From Mobula hypostoma (lineage: Eukaryota), in NCBI RefSeq assembly GCF_963921235.1, contig NC_086101.1:4838001-4902000 (forward strand): a stretch of 64,000 nucleotides of DNA, read 5' to 3'. Every line of letters begins with the position of its first letter. The stretch's first letter is position 1. Made by a program: the position numbers and the translations under genes. Under the pieces are notes generated by a model. That model saw nothing but the letters and a program-made list of their open reading frames with translations, searched no databases and was not told the origin of the DNA. Positions 52,301 through 64,000 of this stretch are shown here, one piece after another.

Positions 52301-53223
52301 ACCCCAGACCTCCAACCCCATCGCATGCCGCCTCCTGGCCGGGACTCACAGGCCTATCAAATTGCTCCTTCTTCAGCTCTGTACATCTTCCCCTATCACT
52401 CCCCAGCTTCTTACTTCATCCCCCTTCCCTACCCACCCACTCACACTCAACCCACCTTTCCCCTCACCATGTCTCACTCATCACCTGCCATCTTGAGCTC
52501 TCACACCTTATTCTGGCTTCTACCCCCTTTCTCTTCTGGTTCTCAGGAAGGGTCTCGGCCGGAAACGTCAACTGTTTATCCCCCTCCATAGGTGCTGCCT
52601 GACCTGCTGGGTTTAAACTGATTTATTACTTACAGACTCACTTCCAAGAACTCATTACAACTTATGTTCTCAGATATGTTTCTTAACTTTCGTAATTTAT
52701 CTTCTCTTCCCCCTTGGTTGTGAGTCACCTTGTGTAGAGTTTTTAGTGAATACAGTTGTATTTGTTTATTTCACTGTAAGTGCTTGCAAGAGTATCAATA
52801 TCAAGCTGCTTTATAGCAACATATATGGACTTTGCTAATAAATAAAAGGTATCCCTTCAGAACAGAGATGAGGAGAAATTTCTAAATTGGCTAAAATCAA
52901 GTGGCAGATCAAATTTGATGGCTGAATGACCTAATTCTGCTCCAAAGTCTTATGGCGTCATAGAAATGAAGCCATAACTAATTCTTTACACATTCAAATT
53001 GCTGGAGGAACTCAGCAGGTCAGGCAACATCTATGGAAAGGAATAAACGTTCAGCGTGTTGGGCTGAGACCCTTCTTCGGGTCCTGCTGATTACCTCCAG
53101 CGTTTTGTTTTGGATTCCAGTATCTGCAGAGCCTCTTGTGTTAGTGAATATACCATAGTTTTGGATGGGGCATGTTGAACTGTGAGATGGCAGGCACATT
53201 GTGATTTCCTCTTGTCTCCTCAG

Positions 53224-53323
53224 ATTGGCCGATGAGCTTCGAGGCTGGATTCACCGGCACCAGATTGACAGGACAAAGTCCAATGAGAAGCCAAAACGTC
53301 AGAAGAAATTTAAACAGGGCACG
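53224..53323 (+). CDS. ATF6B: ATF6-beta luminal exon (100 nt, phase 2-0)
   Basis: Acceptor tttcctcttgtctcctcag|A and donor ACG|gtaggg. Translates (R)[33 protein letters not shown], matching ATF6B LADELSGWVQRHQ. Confidence 0.9.
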
Positions 53324-53499
53324 GTAGGGAGAAATGATCCAGCATTTATACGTCAGCCGCCTGTCCAATCTTCTCCCATTTGGTGCTTTGCCTTACTAAG
53401 ACAATAAGGCAAAGCAGCAAGTTAGAAATTCAGCCCATTGAGTCTACTATCCCCCTCAACCCCACTCTCCTGTCTTCTTCCAGTAACCTTTGACACTCA

Positions 53500-56160
53500 G
53501 AACAGAGAAAACCTACAGCACAATACAGGCCCTTCGGCCTACAAATCTGTGCCGAACATGTACTTTAGAAATTACCTAGTGTTACCCATAGCCCTCTATT
53601 TTTCTAAGCACCATGTACCTATCCAAGAGTCTCTTAAAAGACCCTATTGTATCCGCCTCCACCACCGTCGCTGGCATCCCATTCCACACACTCACCACTC
53701 TCTGAGTAAATAAATAAATTACCCCGACATCACCTTTGTACCTACTTTCAAGCACCTTAAAACTGTGTCCCCTCGTGTTAGCCATTTCAGCCCTGGGAAA
53801 AAGCCTCTGACTATCCACACGATCAGTGCCTCTCATCATCTTATGTGCCTCTATCAGGTCACCTCTCATCCTCCGTCGCTCCAAAGAGAAAAGGCCAAGT
53901 TCACTCAACTTGTTCTCATAAGGCATGCTCGCCAATCCAGGCAACATCCTTGTAAATCTCCTCTGCACCCTTTCTAAAGTTTCCACATCTTTCCTGTAGT
54001 GAGGTGACCAGAACTGAGCACAGTACTCCAAGTGGGTCTGACCAGGGTCCTATATAGCTGCAACATTACCTCTCGGCTCCTAAACTCAATTCCACGATTG
54101 ATGAAGGCCAATGCACCGTACGCCTTCTTAACCACACAGTCAATCTGCGCAGCAGCTTTGAGTGTCCTATGGACTCGGACCCCAAGATCCCTCTGATCCT
54201 CCACACTGCCAGGAGTCTTACCATTGATACTATATTCTGCCATCATATTTGACCTACCAAAATGAACCACCTCTCACTTATCTGGGTTGAACTCCATCTG
54301 CCACTTCTCAACCCAGTTTTGCATCCTGTCAATGTCCCGCTGTAACCTCTGACAGCCCTCCACACTATCCACAACACCCCCAACCTTTGTGTCATCAGCA
54401 AACTTACTAACCCATCCCTTCACTTCCTCATCCAGGTCATTTATAAAAATCACAAAGAGTAAGGTTCCCGGAACAGACCCCAGAGGCACACCACTGATCA
54501 CCGACCTCCATGCAGAATATGACCCGTCTACAACCACACTTTGCCTTCTGTGGGCAAGCCAGTTCTGGATCCACAAAGCAAGGATCCCTTGGATCCCATG
54601 CCTCCTTACATTCTCAATAAGCCTTGCATGGGGTACCTTGTCAAATGCGTTGCTGAAATCCATATACACTACACCTACTGCTCTTCCTTCATCAATGTGT
54701 TTAATCACATCCTCAAAAAATTCAGTCAGGCTCGTAATGCATGATCTGCCTTTGACAAAGCCATGCTGAGTATTCCTAATCATACTGTGCCTCTCCAAAT
54801 GTTCATAAATCCTGCTTCTCAGGATCTTCTCCATCATCTTACCAACCACTGATGTAATACTCATGGTCTGTAATTTCCTGGGCTATCTCTACTCCGTTTC
54901 TTGAATAAGGGAACAACATCTGCAACCCTCCAATCCTCTGGAACCTCTCCTGTCCCCATTGACAGGTTCAGCAATATCCTCCCTCACTCGCTTCCCACAG
55001 TAGGATCCAGAGACTTATCCAACTTGATACTTTCCAGAAGCTCCAGCACATCCTCTTTCTTAATGTCGGTATCCTCAAGATTTTCAGTCTGCTGTAAGTC
55101 AGCCCTACAATCGCCACGGTCCTTTTCCGTAGTGAATATAGAAGCATAGTATTCATTAAGTACCTCCGCTACCTCCTCCGGTTCCATTCACACTTTTCCA
55201 CTGTCACACTTGATTGGTCCTACTCTCTCACATCTTATCCTCTTGCTCTTCACAGTCTTGTAGAATTCCTTGGGGCTTTCCTTAATCCTGCTCACCAAGA
55301 CCTTCTCATGTCCCCTTCTGGTTCTCCTAATTTCATTCTTGTGGTCCTTTCTGCTACCCTTATAAATTTCTAGATCTCTATCATTACTTAGTGTTTTGAA
55401 CCTTTTGTAAGTTTTTCTTCTTGACTAGATTTTCAACTGCCTTTGTACACCACGGTTCCAGTACCCTACCATCTTCTCCATGTCTCATTGGAATGTACCT
55501 ATGCAGAACGTTCCCCTCAACATTTGTCACATTTCTGCAGTACATTTCTCTGAGAATATCTGTTCCCAATTTATGCTTCCAAGTTCCTTCCTGATAGCTT
55601 CATATTTTCCCCTTACTCCAATTAAACATTTTCCTAACTTGTCTATTCTTATCCCTCTCCAATGCAATGGTAAAGGAGATAGAATTGTGATCACTATCTC
55701 CAAAATACTGTTACACTGAGAGACCTGACACCTGACCAGATTCATTTCCCAATACCAGATCAAGTACAGCCTCTCCTCTTGTAGGCTTATCTATGTATTT
55801 TGTCAGGAAACCTTCCTGAACACACCTAACAACTCCACCCCACCTAAACCCCTTGCTCTTGGGAGATGCCAATCAGCATTGGGGAAATTAAAATCCCCCA
55901 TCACAACAACCCTGTTATTACTGCACTGTTCCAGAATTTGTCTCCCTATCCGCTCCTCAATGTTACTATTGGGTGGTCTATAAAAACACACCCAGTAGAG
56001 TTATTCACCCCTTCCTGTTCCTAAATTCCACCCACAGAGACTCAGTAGACAATTCCTCCATGACTTCCTCCGTTTCTGCAGCCATGACACTATCTCTGAT
56101 CGACAGTGCCACGTCCCCACCTCTTTTGCCTCCCTCCCTGTCCTTTCTGAAACATCTAAA
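53500..56160 (-). mobile_element. Degenerate CR1 LINE (EN to 3' end)
   Basis: ORFs with VVMGDFNFPN, QHGFVKGRSC, KFADDTKV and QRRFTRMLPGL. Confidence 0.9.
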
Positions 56161-56721
56161 CCACTCCTACTAACCAAGAACCTATCAACCTCCACTTTAA
56201 ATATACTCAATGACTTGGGCTCCACAGCCATCTGTGTCAATGAATTCCACAGATTCACCACCCTCTGGCTAAATAAATTCCTCCTCCCCTCTGTCCTAAA
56301 TGGGCGTCCCTCAATTCTGGGGTTGCCACTGTTCAATCAAAAATTCATTGGACTGCAGTAGTATCCATCCCCCCACTGAGTATATTGTATAAAGATTTAA
56401 AGGTGAGCTTTATTCATCACACTTGTATCGAAGCATACAGTAAACTCATGACTTGGATGGGGAAATGGAATGGTGGGTTGGTGATGGTGTGCATAGTAAG
56501 TTACAACAGGGCATTGACAGGATGCAGAGCTGGACTGAGGTGGCAGATGGAGTTCAGTCTGGAGATGTGTGAAGAGATGCACTTCAGAAGTTTGAACTTG
56601 AAGGCAGAATACGAGGTTACTACTTGATAGGCAGAATACTAGTTGATAGGGTGGTTAAGAAAGTAAATGGTGTGTTGACCTTCATTAGTCGGGGGATTGA
56701 GTTAAAGAGCAGTGATGTAAT

Positions 56722-57382
56722 TGTAGCCCCCCCCGGCAAGCCTCAGGGTCGCTCGGCTCGCTGTCGTCTAGGGAAACAGCCCTCGGCCCCGCTAAACTGG
56801 GTAATTAGTTTGTGTGGATGCTGTGTGATGTACCCCACCCCGCCCAAATAACAGATAATACACCAGATACGATTAAATGATTTACAGTTTACAGATATTA
56901 CTGAAGCTATACAATTAATAGAGAATAAAATATATTCAGGAAAATAAAAGGCTCCACACTTATCAAAGTTCAATCTCTTCGTTGCCAAACAGTTGGAGCT
57001 CAGGACCCTTCTTCACTCTGCGACCCCTCGGACCACCTCTACCGGCCGCCTGGGACCAACAATGGTGGTCAACCAGACGCTCCACAGGAGTCCGTCTCCT
57101 CACCCTGGACCTCGGACTCCTGCTCGGGGTCCGACCCCGTTAGCAGACTCACAGCACGTTGTCCATCCTCTCTCTCTCTCGCTCCCGCCTTCTCCCCAAA
57201 ACCCCGCGCATACAATATCTTACAGACACACCAAAAGCATAACAACTATCCCAATTGGTTCGTAACACCTTCTTACGTGATCCAAACAAACTGCTAGCGG
57301 GAGGACTTCCTCAGCAGTTAACATAACAAAGAAGCCATTTTACTTAGACTACACAGTGACCAAAAAAAAGAAACCCCTTACA
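56722..57382. mobile_element. Solo LTR (661 bp) with perfect 4-bp TSD
   Basis: Reads taat|TGTAGCCCC...CCCTTACA|taat. Removing it restores the host CR1 reading SSDVMLQLYKTLVRP. Confidence 0.9.
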
Positions 57383-58854
57383 TAATGTTGCAGCTCTATA
57401 AAACCCTGGTTAGACCAGACGGAATATGCATTCAGTTCTGGTGGCCTCATTCTGGGAAGGATGTGGAAGCTTTAGAGAGGGTGCTGAGGAGATTTCCCAG
57501 GATGCTGGCTGGATTAGAGAGTGTGTTTCTGCTTTTCTCTTTCCTCTCCCCCTTTGATCTAGCTGCTGATCTGATCTACTAGGTGGCTCACAGGAAACTT
57601 TTATTGCACCACTAATAGAACATTGAAAAGAACAGTATAGACCTTACGGGCCGCCATGTTGTGCCAACACTTTAACCTACTCTGAGATCAATCTGATCCT
57701 TCTCTCCATTTTCCGATCATGAGTCTAAGGGTCTCTCAAATGGCCCTGGTGTATCTACCTGTACCACCACCCCTGGCAGCACGTTATACACACCTACTGC
57801 ACTCTATGTAAAAGAAAAAAAACCTGCCTCTAACATTCCACCCCCCACCCCCATTATACTTTCCTCCGGTCACCATAAAATGAAGCCCCCTCGTACCATT
57901 TCCGTCTCTGGCTGTCCACTCTATTTGAATCATTTCATACACCTCTATCAAGTCAGCTCGCATCCTCCTTAACCGTAAGGAGAAAAGCCCTAGCTCACTC
58001 AGCCTCTCCTCATAAGACAGCATCCTGGTGCAGTAGATCTCTTCTGCACCTTCTATAAAGCTTCCACATCCTTCCTACGATGAGGCGACACAATGTTGGA
58101 TGTATTCACAGTATTGAATACAATGCTGCAGAAATTGTTTACAATATGCCAGTTATTTTGAGGCTTGAACCATTGTTGTCATATCAGGGTACTGTTTTGT
58201 TGTCAGATCAGGGTACTGTTTTAGTTAGAGATGCAGCATGGAACAGGCCCACTGCTGATGGGTGCCAGCCAGCAACCCATTGACCTTAACCATAGCCTAA
58301 TGGTCAACAATGACCAATTCACATTGTTGCCATGACGGCGTGCTAGGGCAATGGCATCAACACGGGCGAAGTAACAGGCTCAATAAACTGATTAGAAAGG
58401 CTGGCACTGTTATAGGAGTCAAATGGACACACTGAAGACTGTGGTAGAACAAAGGACCCTACGGAAAATCCTGGCAATTCTGGACAATATTTCTCACCCT
58501 CTGCATGCCACCTTGGCTGAACAAAGGAGCACTTTTAGTAAAAGACTAAGACAACTGCTCTGCTCCAAAGAGTGCTATATGAGGTCATTCTTACCCTTGG
58601 CCATTAGACTCTATAATGAGTCAATCTATAGCCCCTCCTGTTAGACTGTTTGAGGCAACTTACTTTTTATTCTTTCTTACTTTTTAATATTTGTATATCT
58701 GTGCCCTTGTAATGTACTGTGCACTGTGACATTGTTATTTCTTGTGGGATCAATACATTATCTATCTATCTAACCAGTCCTGCTTTGGACTGTGGGAGGA
58801 AACCAGAGCACCCAGAGAGAAAGAAAACAGGCGCACGCATGCACGCACACGCAC

Positions 58855-59140
58855 GCCTCTTCTCCAGGGCACCGCTGCTCAATACACGAGGACATGGCTT
58901 TACGGTAAGGGCTGGGAAGTTCAAGGGGGATAATAGAGGAAGGTCTTTTACTCAGAGTGGTTGGTGCGTGGAATGCACTGCCTGAGTCAGTGGTGGAGGC
59001 AGATACACTAGTGAAGTTTAAGAGACTACTGGACAGGTATATGGAGGAATTTAAGGTGGGGGCTTATATGGGAAGCAGGGTTTGAGGGTCTGCACAACAT
59101 TGTGGGCCGAAGGACCTGTACTGTGCTGTACTATTCTATG
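58855..59140 (+). mobile_element. Short CR1 3' end, same subfamily as the 40-44 kb element
   Basis: Near-identical to 43750-44040. Confidence 0.9.
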
Positions 59141-59604
59141 TTTTATATTCTAACTCATGTGCACACAGGCACACACGCCTACGCGCACGTACGTACACAG
59201 GCACGCAGACACACACACCACCCTGCCCCACCGAGGACACCGTAACTGAACTGCACATCTCATTCAAACTTATTGAATATTTGAAAGGTCTGGAAAGAGT
59301 GGATGTGGGGAACTTGGTTCTTATAGTGGGTCTAGGTCCAGAGAGTACAGTCTCAGAATAGAGGGACGTCCAATCTGTGGAATTCATTGCCACAGACAGC
59401 TGTAGAGGCCAGGTCATTGAGTATTATTTAAAGCAGAGGTGGATGGGTTCTTGGTTAGTCAGGTACTGGGAGAAGGCAGGAGAATGGGGTTGAGAGGGAT
59501 AGTATTACCCATGATGGAATGGTCGGGCAGACTCAATAGGCTGAATGGCCAAATTCTGCTCTCGTGTCTCGTGATCTGACAGATTGAACTCCGCCACCCT
59601 GAGA

Positions 59605-60368
59605 ACAAGAAGGCAGATTACTATTTGAATCAGGTTAGGAAAAGGGGAAGTATAATGAGATCTGGGTGTCCTTGTTCATCAGTCACTGAAAGCAAGCATG
59701 CAGGTACAGCAGGCAGTGAAGAAAGCTAATGGCATGTTGGCCTTCATAACAAGGGGAGTTGAGTATATGAGCAAAGAGGTTCTTCTGCAATTGTACTGGG
59801 CCCTAGTGAGACCCCACCTTGAATATTGTGTACAGTTTTGGTCTCTAAATTTGAGGAAGGACATTCTTGCTGTGGAGGGAGTGCAGCGTAGGTTCACTGG
59901 GTTAATTCCAGGGATGGTGGGAATGTCATATGTTGAAAGATTGGAGCGACTGGGCTTGTATACACTGGAATTTAGAAGGATGAGAGGGGATCTGAATGAA
60001 ACGTACAAGATTATTAAGGGATTGGACACGCTAGAGGCAGGAAACATGTTCCCGATGTTGGTGGAGTCCATAACCAGAGGCCACAGTTTAAGAATAAGGT
60101 GTAGACCATTTAGAATGGAGTTGAGGAAAAACTTTTTCACACAGAGGGTTGTGGATCTGTGGAATGCTCTGCCTGAGAAGGCAGTGGAGGCCAATTCTCT
60201 GGATTCTTTCAAGAAAGAGTTAGATAGAGCTCTTAAAGATAGTGGAGTCAAGGGATATGGGAAGAAGGCAGGAACAGGGTACAGATTGTGGATGATCAGC
60301 CATGATCACAGTGAATGGCGGTGCTGGCTCGAAGGGCCGAATGGCCTACTCCTGTACCTATTGTCTAT
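59605..60368 (+). mobile_element. CR1 3' fragment
   Basis: ORF 59698-60387 reads MQVQQAVKKANGMLAFI...VRPHLEYCVQFW. Confidence 0.9.
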
Positions 60369-62224
60369 TGACCACTACGCTGCATAGCGCCAAACCAAAC
60401 GGAGAGGTACTGGCTCATTAATGAAGCCGGTAAACAAAAGAGCTTTTTGGAATTGTTGGCGCTCTTCATAAGGATGTAACAAGCCCTCTGACCTACGCTG
60501 CGACACAGGACTAATCTGATCACAGCCTCAACTTCACTTTCCTGGCTGCTTAACATAACAGCTTGACTTTCCTTTTGTCCAAAGATCGGCCTATCCCAAC
60601 ACTACCTGGGCAAAGTCTGATGTCTAAACCAATTTCTGCTGTGTATAGTGTTCAAAGGGCAAGGGAGGTAGATGAAGGAATTACCTCATCCTACCTGTGA
60701 TTTTCACAGCTGGTATGCTGTTTCTAAAAGTGGCTTTGAAAATGTTTTCTAAGTCCATGTTAGAACCTTCCAGAGTAATTTACAGCCACTGAGAGTGTCA
60801 CTGTAGTAACATAAGCAACATACCCCGTTTGACCGTCCAGAGGTTGTTCACGAGAACGGTTCCGGGAATGAAAAGGTTAATGCGCCAGGAGTGTTTGGCT
60901 CTGGGCCTGTACTCGTTGCGGTTTACAAGACTGAGGGGAATGATGTCATTGAAACCTATTAAATATAGAATGGCCCAGACAGAGTGGGTGTGGAGAGGTT
61001 GTTTCCTACAGTGAGGGAGTCTAGGATCAGCGGGTACAGCCTCAGAATAGAGGGACGTCTTTTTAGAACGGATGAGGAGGAGTTTCTTCGGCAAGAGAGT
61101 GGTGAATCTGTGGAATTGGCTGTGGAGGTCAAGCCACTGGGTATAGTTAAAGCGGATATTGATAGGTTCTTGATTAGTCAGGGTCTCAAAGCTTACGGAG
61201 AGAAGGCTGGAGAATGAGGTTGAGGGGGATAATAAATCAGCCATGATGGAATGGCGGAGCAGACTCGATGGGCTGAATGGCCTAATTCTGCTCCTACGTC
61301 TTACACTGTTACATAGAACAAAGGGACTACAACCAGATCACGTCGTTTTACTGACCTGCTTGAGAGTTAAATGTTGGTTCTTCGGAATACGGAGCAGAGC
61401 TCCCCGGAGAATTAGAATCAGATTGAATATCACTGACGTGCTGCAAAACTTGTAGCTCTGTGTAGTCGTACAGCTCAAAAACATAAAAATCTACAGATTA
61501 CAAAAATAATTAAATGGTGCAGCATAAGGAGCTGTTCGTGAATTGTTGAACTGCAGGCCTGGAGACAGACTTTCTCATGGGTGCGTGGCTGTGAGGGAGG
61601 GAAGGGACTTGTTTTGCTGTTGCTTCTATTGTCTGACCAAACATTGTGGACGTGCTGTGTTGGCACCTGAATGTAAGGTGACACTTGGCACGCTAACCCC
61701 AACACATCCTGAGTCATCGGTTAATAACACAAACTCTGTGTTTAACTAAATGCATGGGAAAGTCAATAGGTGCTGGAAATCTAGAGCAATACACGCAAAA
61801 TGTTGGAGAAACACGGCAGGACGGGCAGCGTCTAAGGAAACAAGTCAACGGTGAATGATTTGGGTCGAGACCCTTCATCAGGACTGGAAAGGAAGAGAGA
61901 AGGCGCCAGAGGGAAAATGTGGGGTGAAGGGGAAGGAGGAGAGAAGGTGATAGGTGAAGCCTGGCAGGTGGGAAAGGTAAACGGCTGGAGAAGCAGGAGT
62001 CTGACAGGAGAGGAGAGTGAACTAAGAGGAGGTAATAAATTGCAGGTTTCGATGTATGAATCTGAACTCAGGCTGCTGCCAACCCGTGTGACATTATCTT
62101 GTTAATGTCCGCCTTTGACAGCTGATGGGATCCTGATTTATTTGAAAAGCACTCTCAGTACCACACTGGAGTGTCAGAAGGCTCTCTGTACCAATCTCTG
62201 CATCTATTGTATGTAATAAAATGG

Positions 62225-62660
62225 GAGTCCAAAATGAGAGCAACGCAGGTAGTGTTCATAGACCATTCTAATGGCAGAGGGGAAGAAGCTGTTCCTAAAT
62301 CACCGAGTGTAGGTCTTCAGGCCCCTGTACCTCCTCTCTGACGGTAGCAATGAGAAGAGGGCATGTCCCGAGTGGTGGGGGTCCTAAATGATGGGTGCCA
62401 TCTTTTCGAAGCATTGCCTTTTGAAGACATCCTCGATGCTGGGGAGGCTAGAGCCCTTGTTGGAGCTGGCTGAATTTACAACCCAGTGCAGCTTTTTCCG
62501 ATCCTGTGCACTATTGCCTCCGTACCAGACGGTGATTCGGCCAGTTAGGATGCTCTCCACGGTACACCTGTAGAAATTAGCTAGTCTTTGGTAACATACC
62601 AAGTCCCAAACTCCTAATGAAATAATAGCCACTGGCTTGTGTTCTTCATATTGGCATCAA
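62225..62660 (-). mobile_element. Rex1/Babar-type LINE 3' fragment
   Basis: ORF 62384-62632 reads LANFYRCTVESILTGRITVWYG, homologous to 1085-1545. Confidence 0.8.
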
Positions 62661-64000
62661 TTTTTGTAAGGTTCCTTATTCAGAATTTCTGGAGGTACTG
62701 GCCACCCACTAGGCCTGGTGCTTGCCCTGCATTGAGTTGTTAATGGAGAACCACAGCACAGAAACAGCCTCTTGGCATTGTATTATCCTACGAATTGCAG
62801 ATTTTCTCTTGTTTGTGATTCTAGTATCCCATCGCCCCACACCTGGGCCACAGCTCTCCATACCTCTCCTATCCATGTACCTAGTCAAGTTTCTCTTAAA
62901 TGTTGGAATGAAGCCCACGTCTGCCACTTCCACTGGCAGCTCGTGCCACACTCTCACCACCTTCTAAGTGAAGAAGTTCCCCCTCATTACCCCTTAAACA
63001 TTTCACCTTTCACAGTTAACCCATGACCTCTAGTTCGGGTGTCGGCTCTTGTGCGTCACAAGATGGCGGCACAGACGGTCACAGCAGCCTCTCTGGCTCC
63101 AATCCACAGTGAAGTTTCTTGTCCGGTTCATCTCTTCTATGATTGAAAAACACTGCGGATCATAAAAGAAAAACTTGAACTTGTATGCCGGGGTGAACTG
63201 AAGCAGTCATTTCAGTCTGGGCGTGTTTGAGTGCCTTGGGGAGGAGGGCTGACTTTGATGTTAATTGTGTTCTCCTTGGCAGCGGTCGCAGCAGCGGAGA
63301 ATCAACCTGCCACGCTTTATTCCAGCGCAGCCTGCCGACACAGACACCAGGTGAGTGGTGGCCGACTGGGACCGTGGTTACGCTGCACACTGCGGCAACT
63401 ATTAATGCTGTACCAACACCCCTTACCTTATCAATGTGGCTTCTTCTAATGCAAAGCAACCCCACTGAGGAGAGATAAATGGTTAAGATTTGAGATGTTG
63501 TGATGATTAGATTTTCATACTTGAGAGATGAAAGGTGCTTATCTTCAAAACTGCCTGAAGTGGTGATGGTGTAGGGTTGCCAGTAAAAGTCCTCAGCCCA
63601 AATACATCAATATTGACTTCAGTAGAAACTAATTTTACAACACGGAACAGGACCACGCAGTACAGGCCTTTCGGCCCACAATGTCATGCTGGCCCTTTAA
63701 TCTTAAGATAAATCTGACTCTTCCCTCCCACATAGACCCATTTTTCTATCATATATGTACCTATCTAAGAGTCTGTTAAATGTCTCCAGTGTATCTTCAT
63801 CTACCATCACCCCTGGCAGGGCGTTCCACGTACTCACCACTCTCTGTGCTTAAAACCAAACAAACTTGCCTCTGACATCCCCCCCCCACACTTTCCGCCA
63901 ATCACTTTATTACGCCCCCTTGAATTAGTTATTTCTGTCCTGGGGTTAAAAGAAGTCCAAACCCCTCTATCAAGTCACCCCTCACCCTCTTTCTCCCCAC

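Noticed and set aside
51395..52602. Long His/Thr-rich and Val/Cys-rich ORFs
   Set aside because: These are translations of a CA/TA microsatellite.
58174..58224. Short tandem duplication of about 24 bp (a similar 29-bp one lies near 19131-19188)
   Set aside because: Ordinary slippage duplications within decayed repeats, with no sign of function.
60585..60620. Candidate next ATF6B exon after the pyrimidine tract ctttccttttgtccaaag
   Set aside because: The required phase-0 frame reaches TGA after 11 codons and shows no ATF6 similarity. The remaining exons probably lie beyond the window, although a short divergent exon could have been missed.
1..64000. Prokaryotic RT-based systems (retron, DGR, group II intron) suggested by the many RT ORFs
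   Set aside because: Every RT has non-LTR retrotransposon signatures (APE endonuclease, CR1/L1/Rex C-termini, 3' tails), and the locus has spliceosomal exons.

Overview
This is vertebrate genomic DNA, not microbial. The CR1, Rex1/Babar, Tc1 and L1 repeat landscape suggests a cartilaginous fish (inference). The window is the interior of one plus-strand gene, ATF6B (ATF6-beta/CREBL1), a membrane-tethered bZIP factor of the unfolded-protein response. Five consecutive coding exons with canonical AG/GT boundaries splice in frame: 11366-11551 (bZIP), 29104-29195 (transmembrane/S2P region), 35182-35325 (RHLL S1P site), 50256-50366 (luminal Cys and N-glycosylation sequons) and 53224-53323. The start and stop codons lie outside the window. 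The introns are filled with nested elements: a full-length 5.85 kb L1 with a 14-bp TSD, a near-full-length CR1 with an esterase ORF1, three solo LTRs with 4-bp TSDs, Tc1 relics (one a head-to-head foldback of two 3' halves), many CR1 and Rex fragments, and tandem repeats. Three observations stand out. A 3.2 kb 48-bp minisatellite and an inverted, diverged copy of it bracket a frame-symmetric exon. The Tc1 foldback is unusual. Thr replaces the Asn of the S2P NxxP motif. I found no firm evidence of a wholly new biological system; the functional ideas below are hypotheses. Boundaries of degenerate repeats are approximate.
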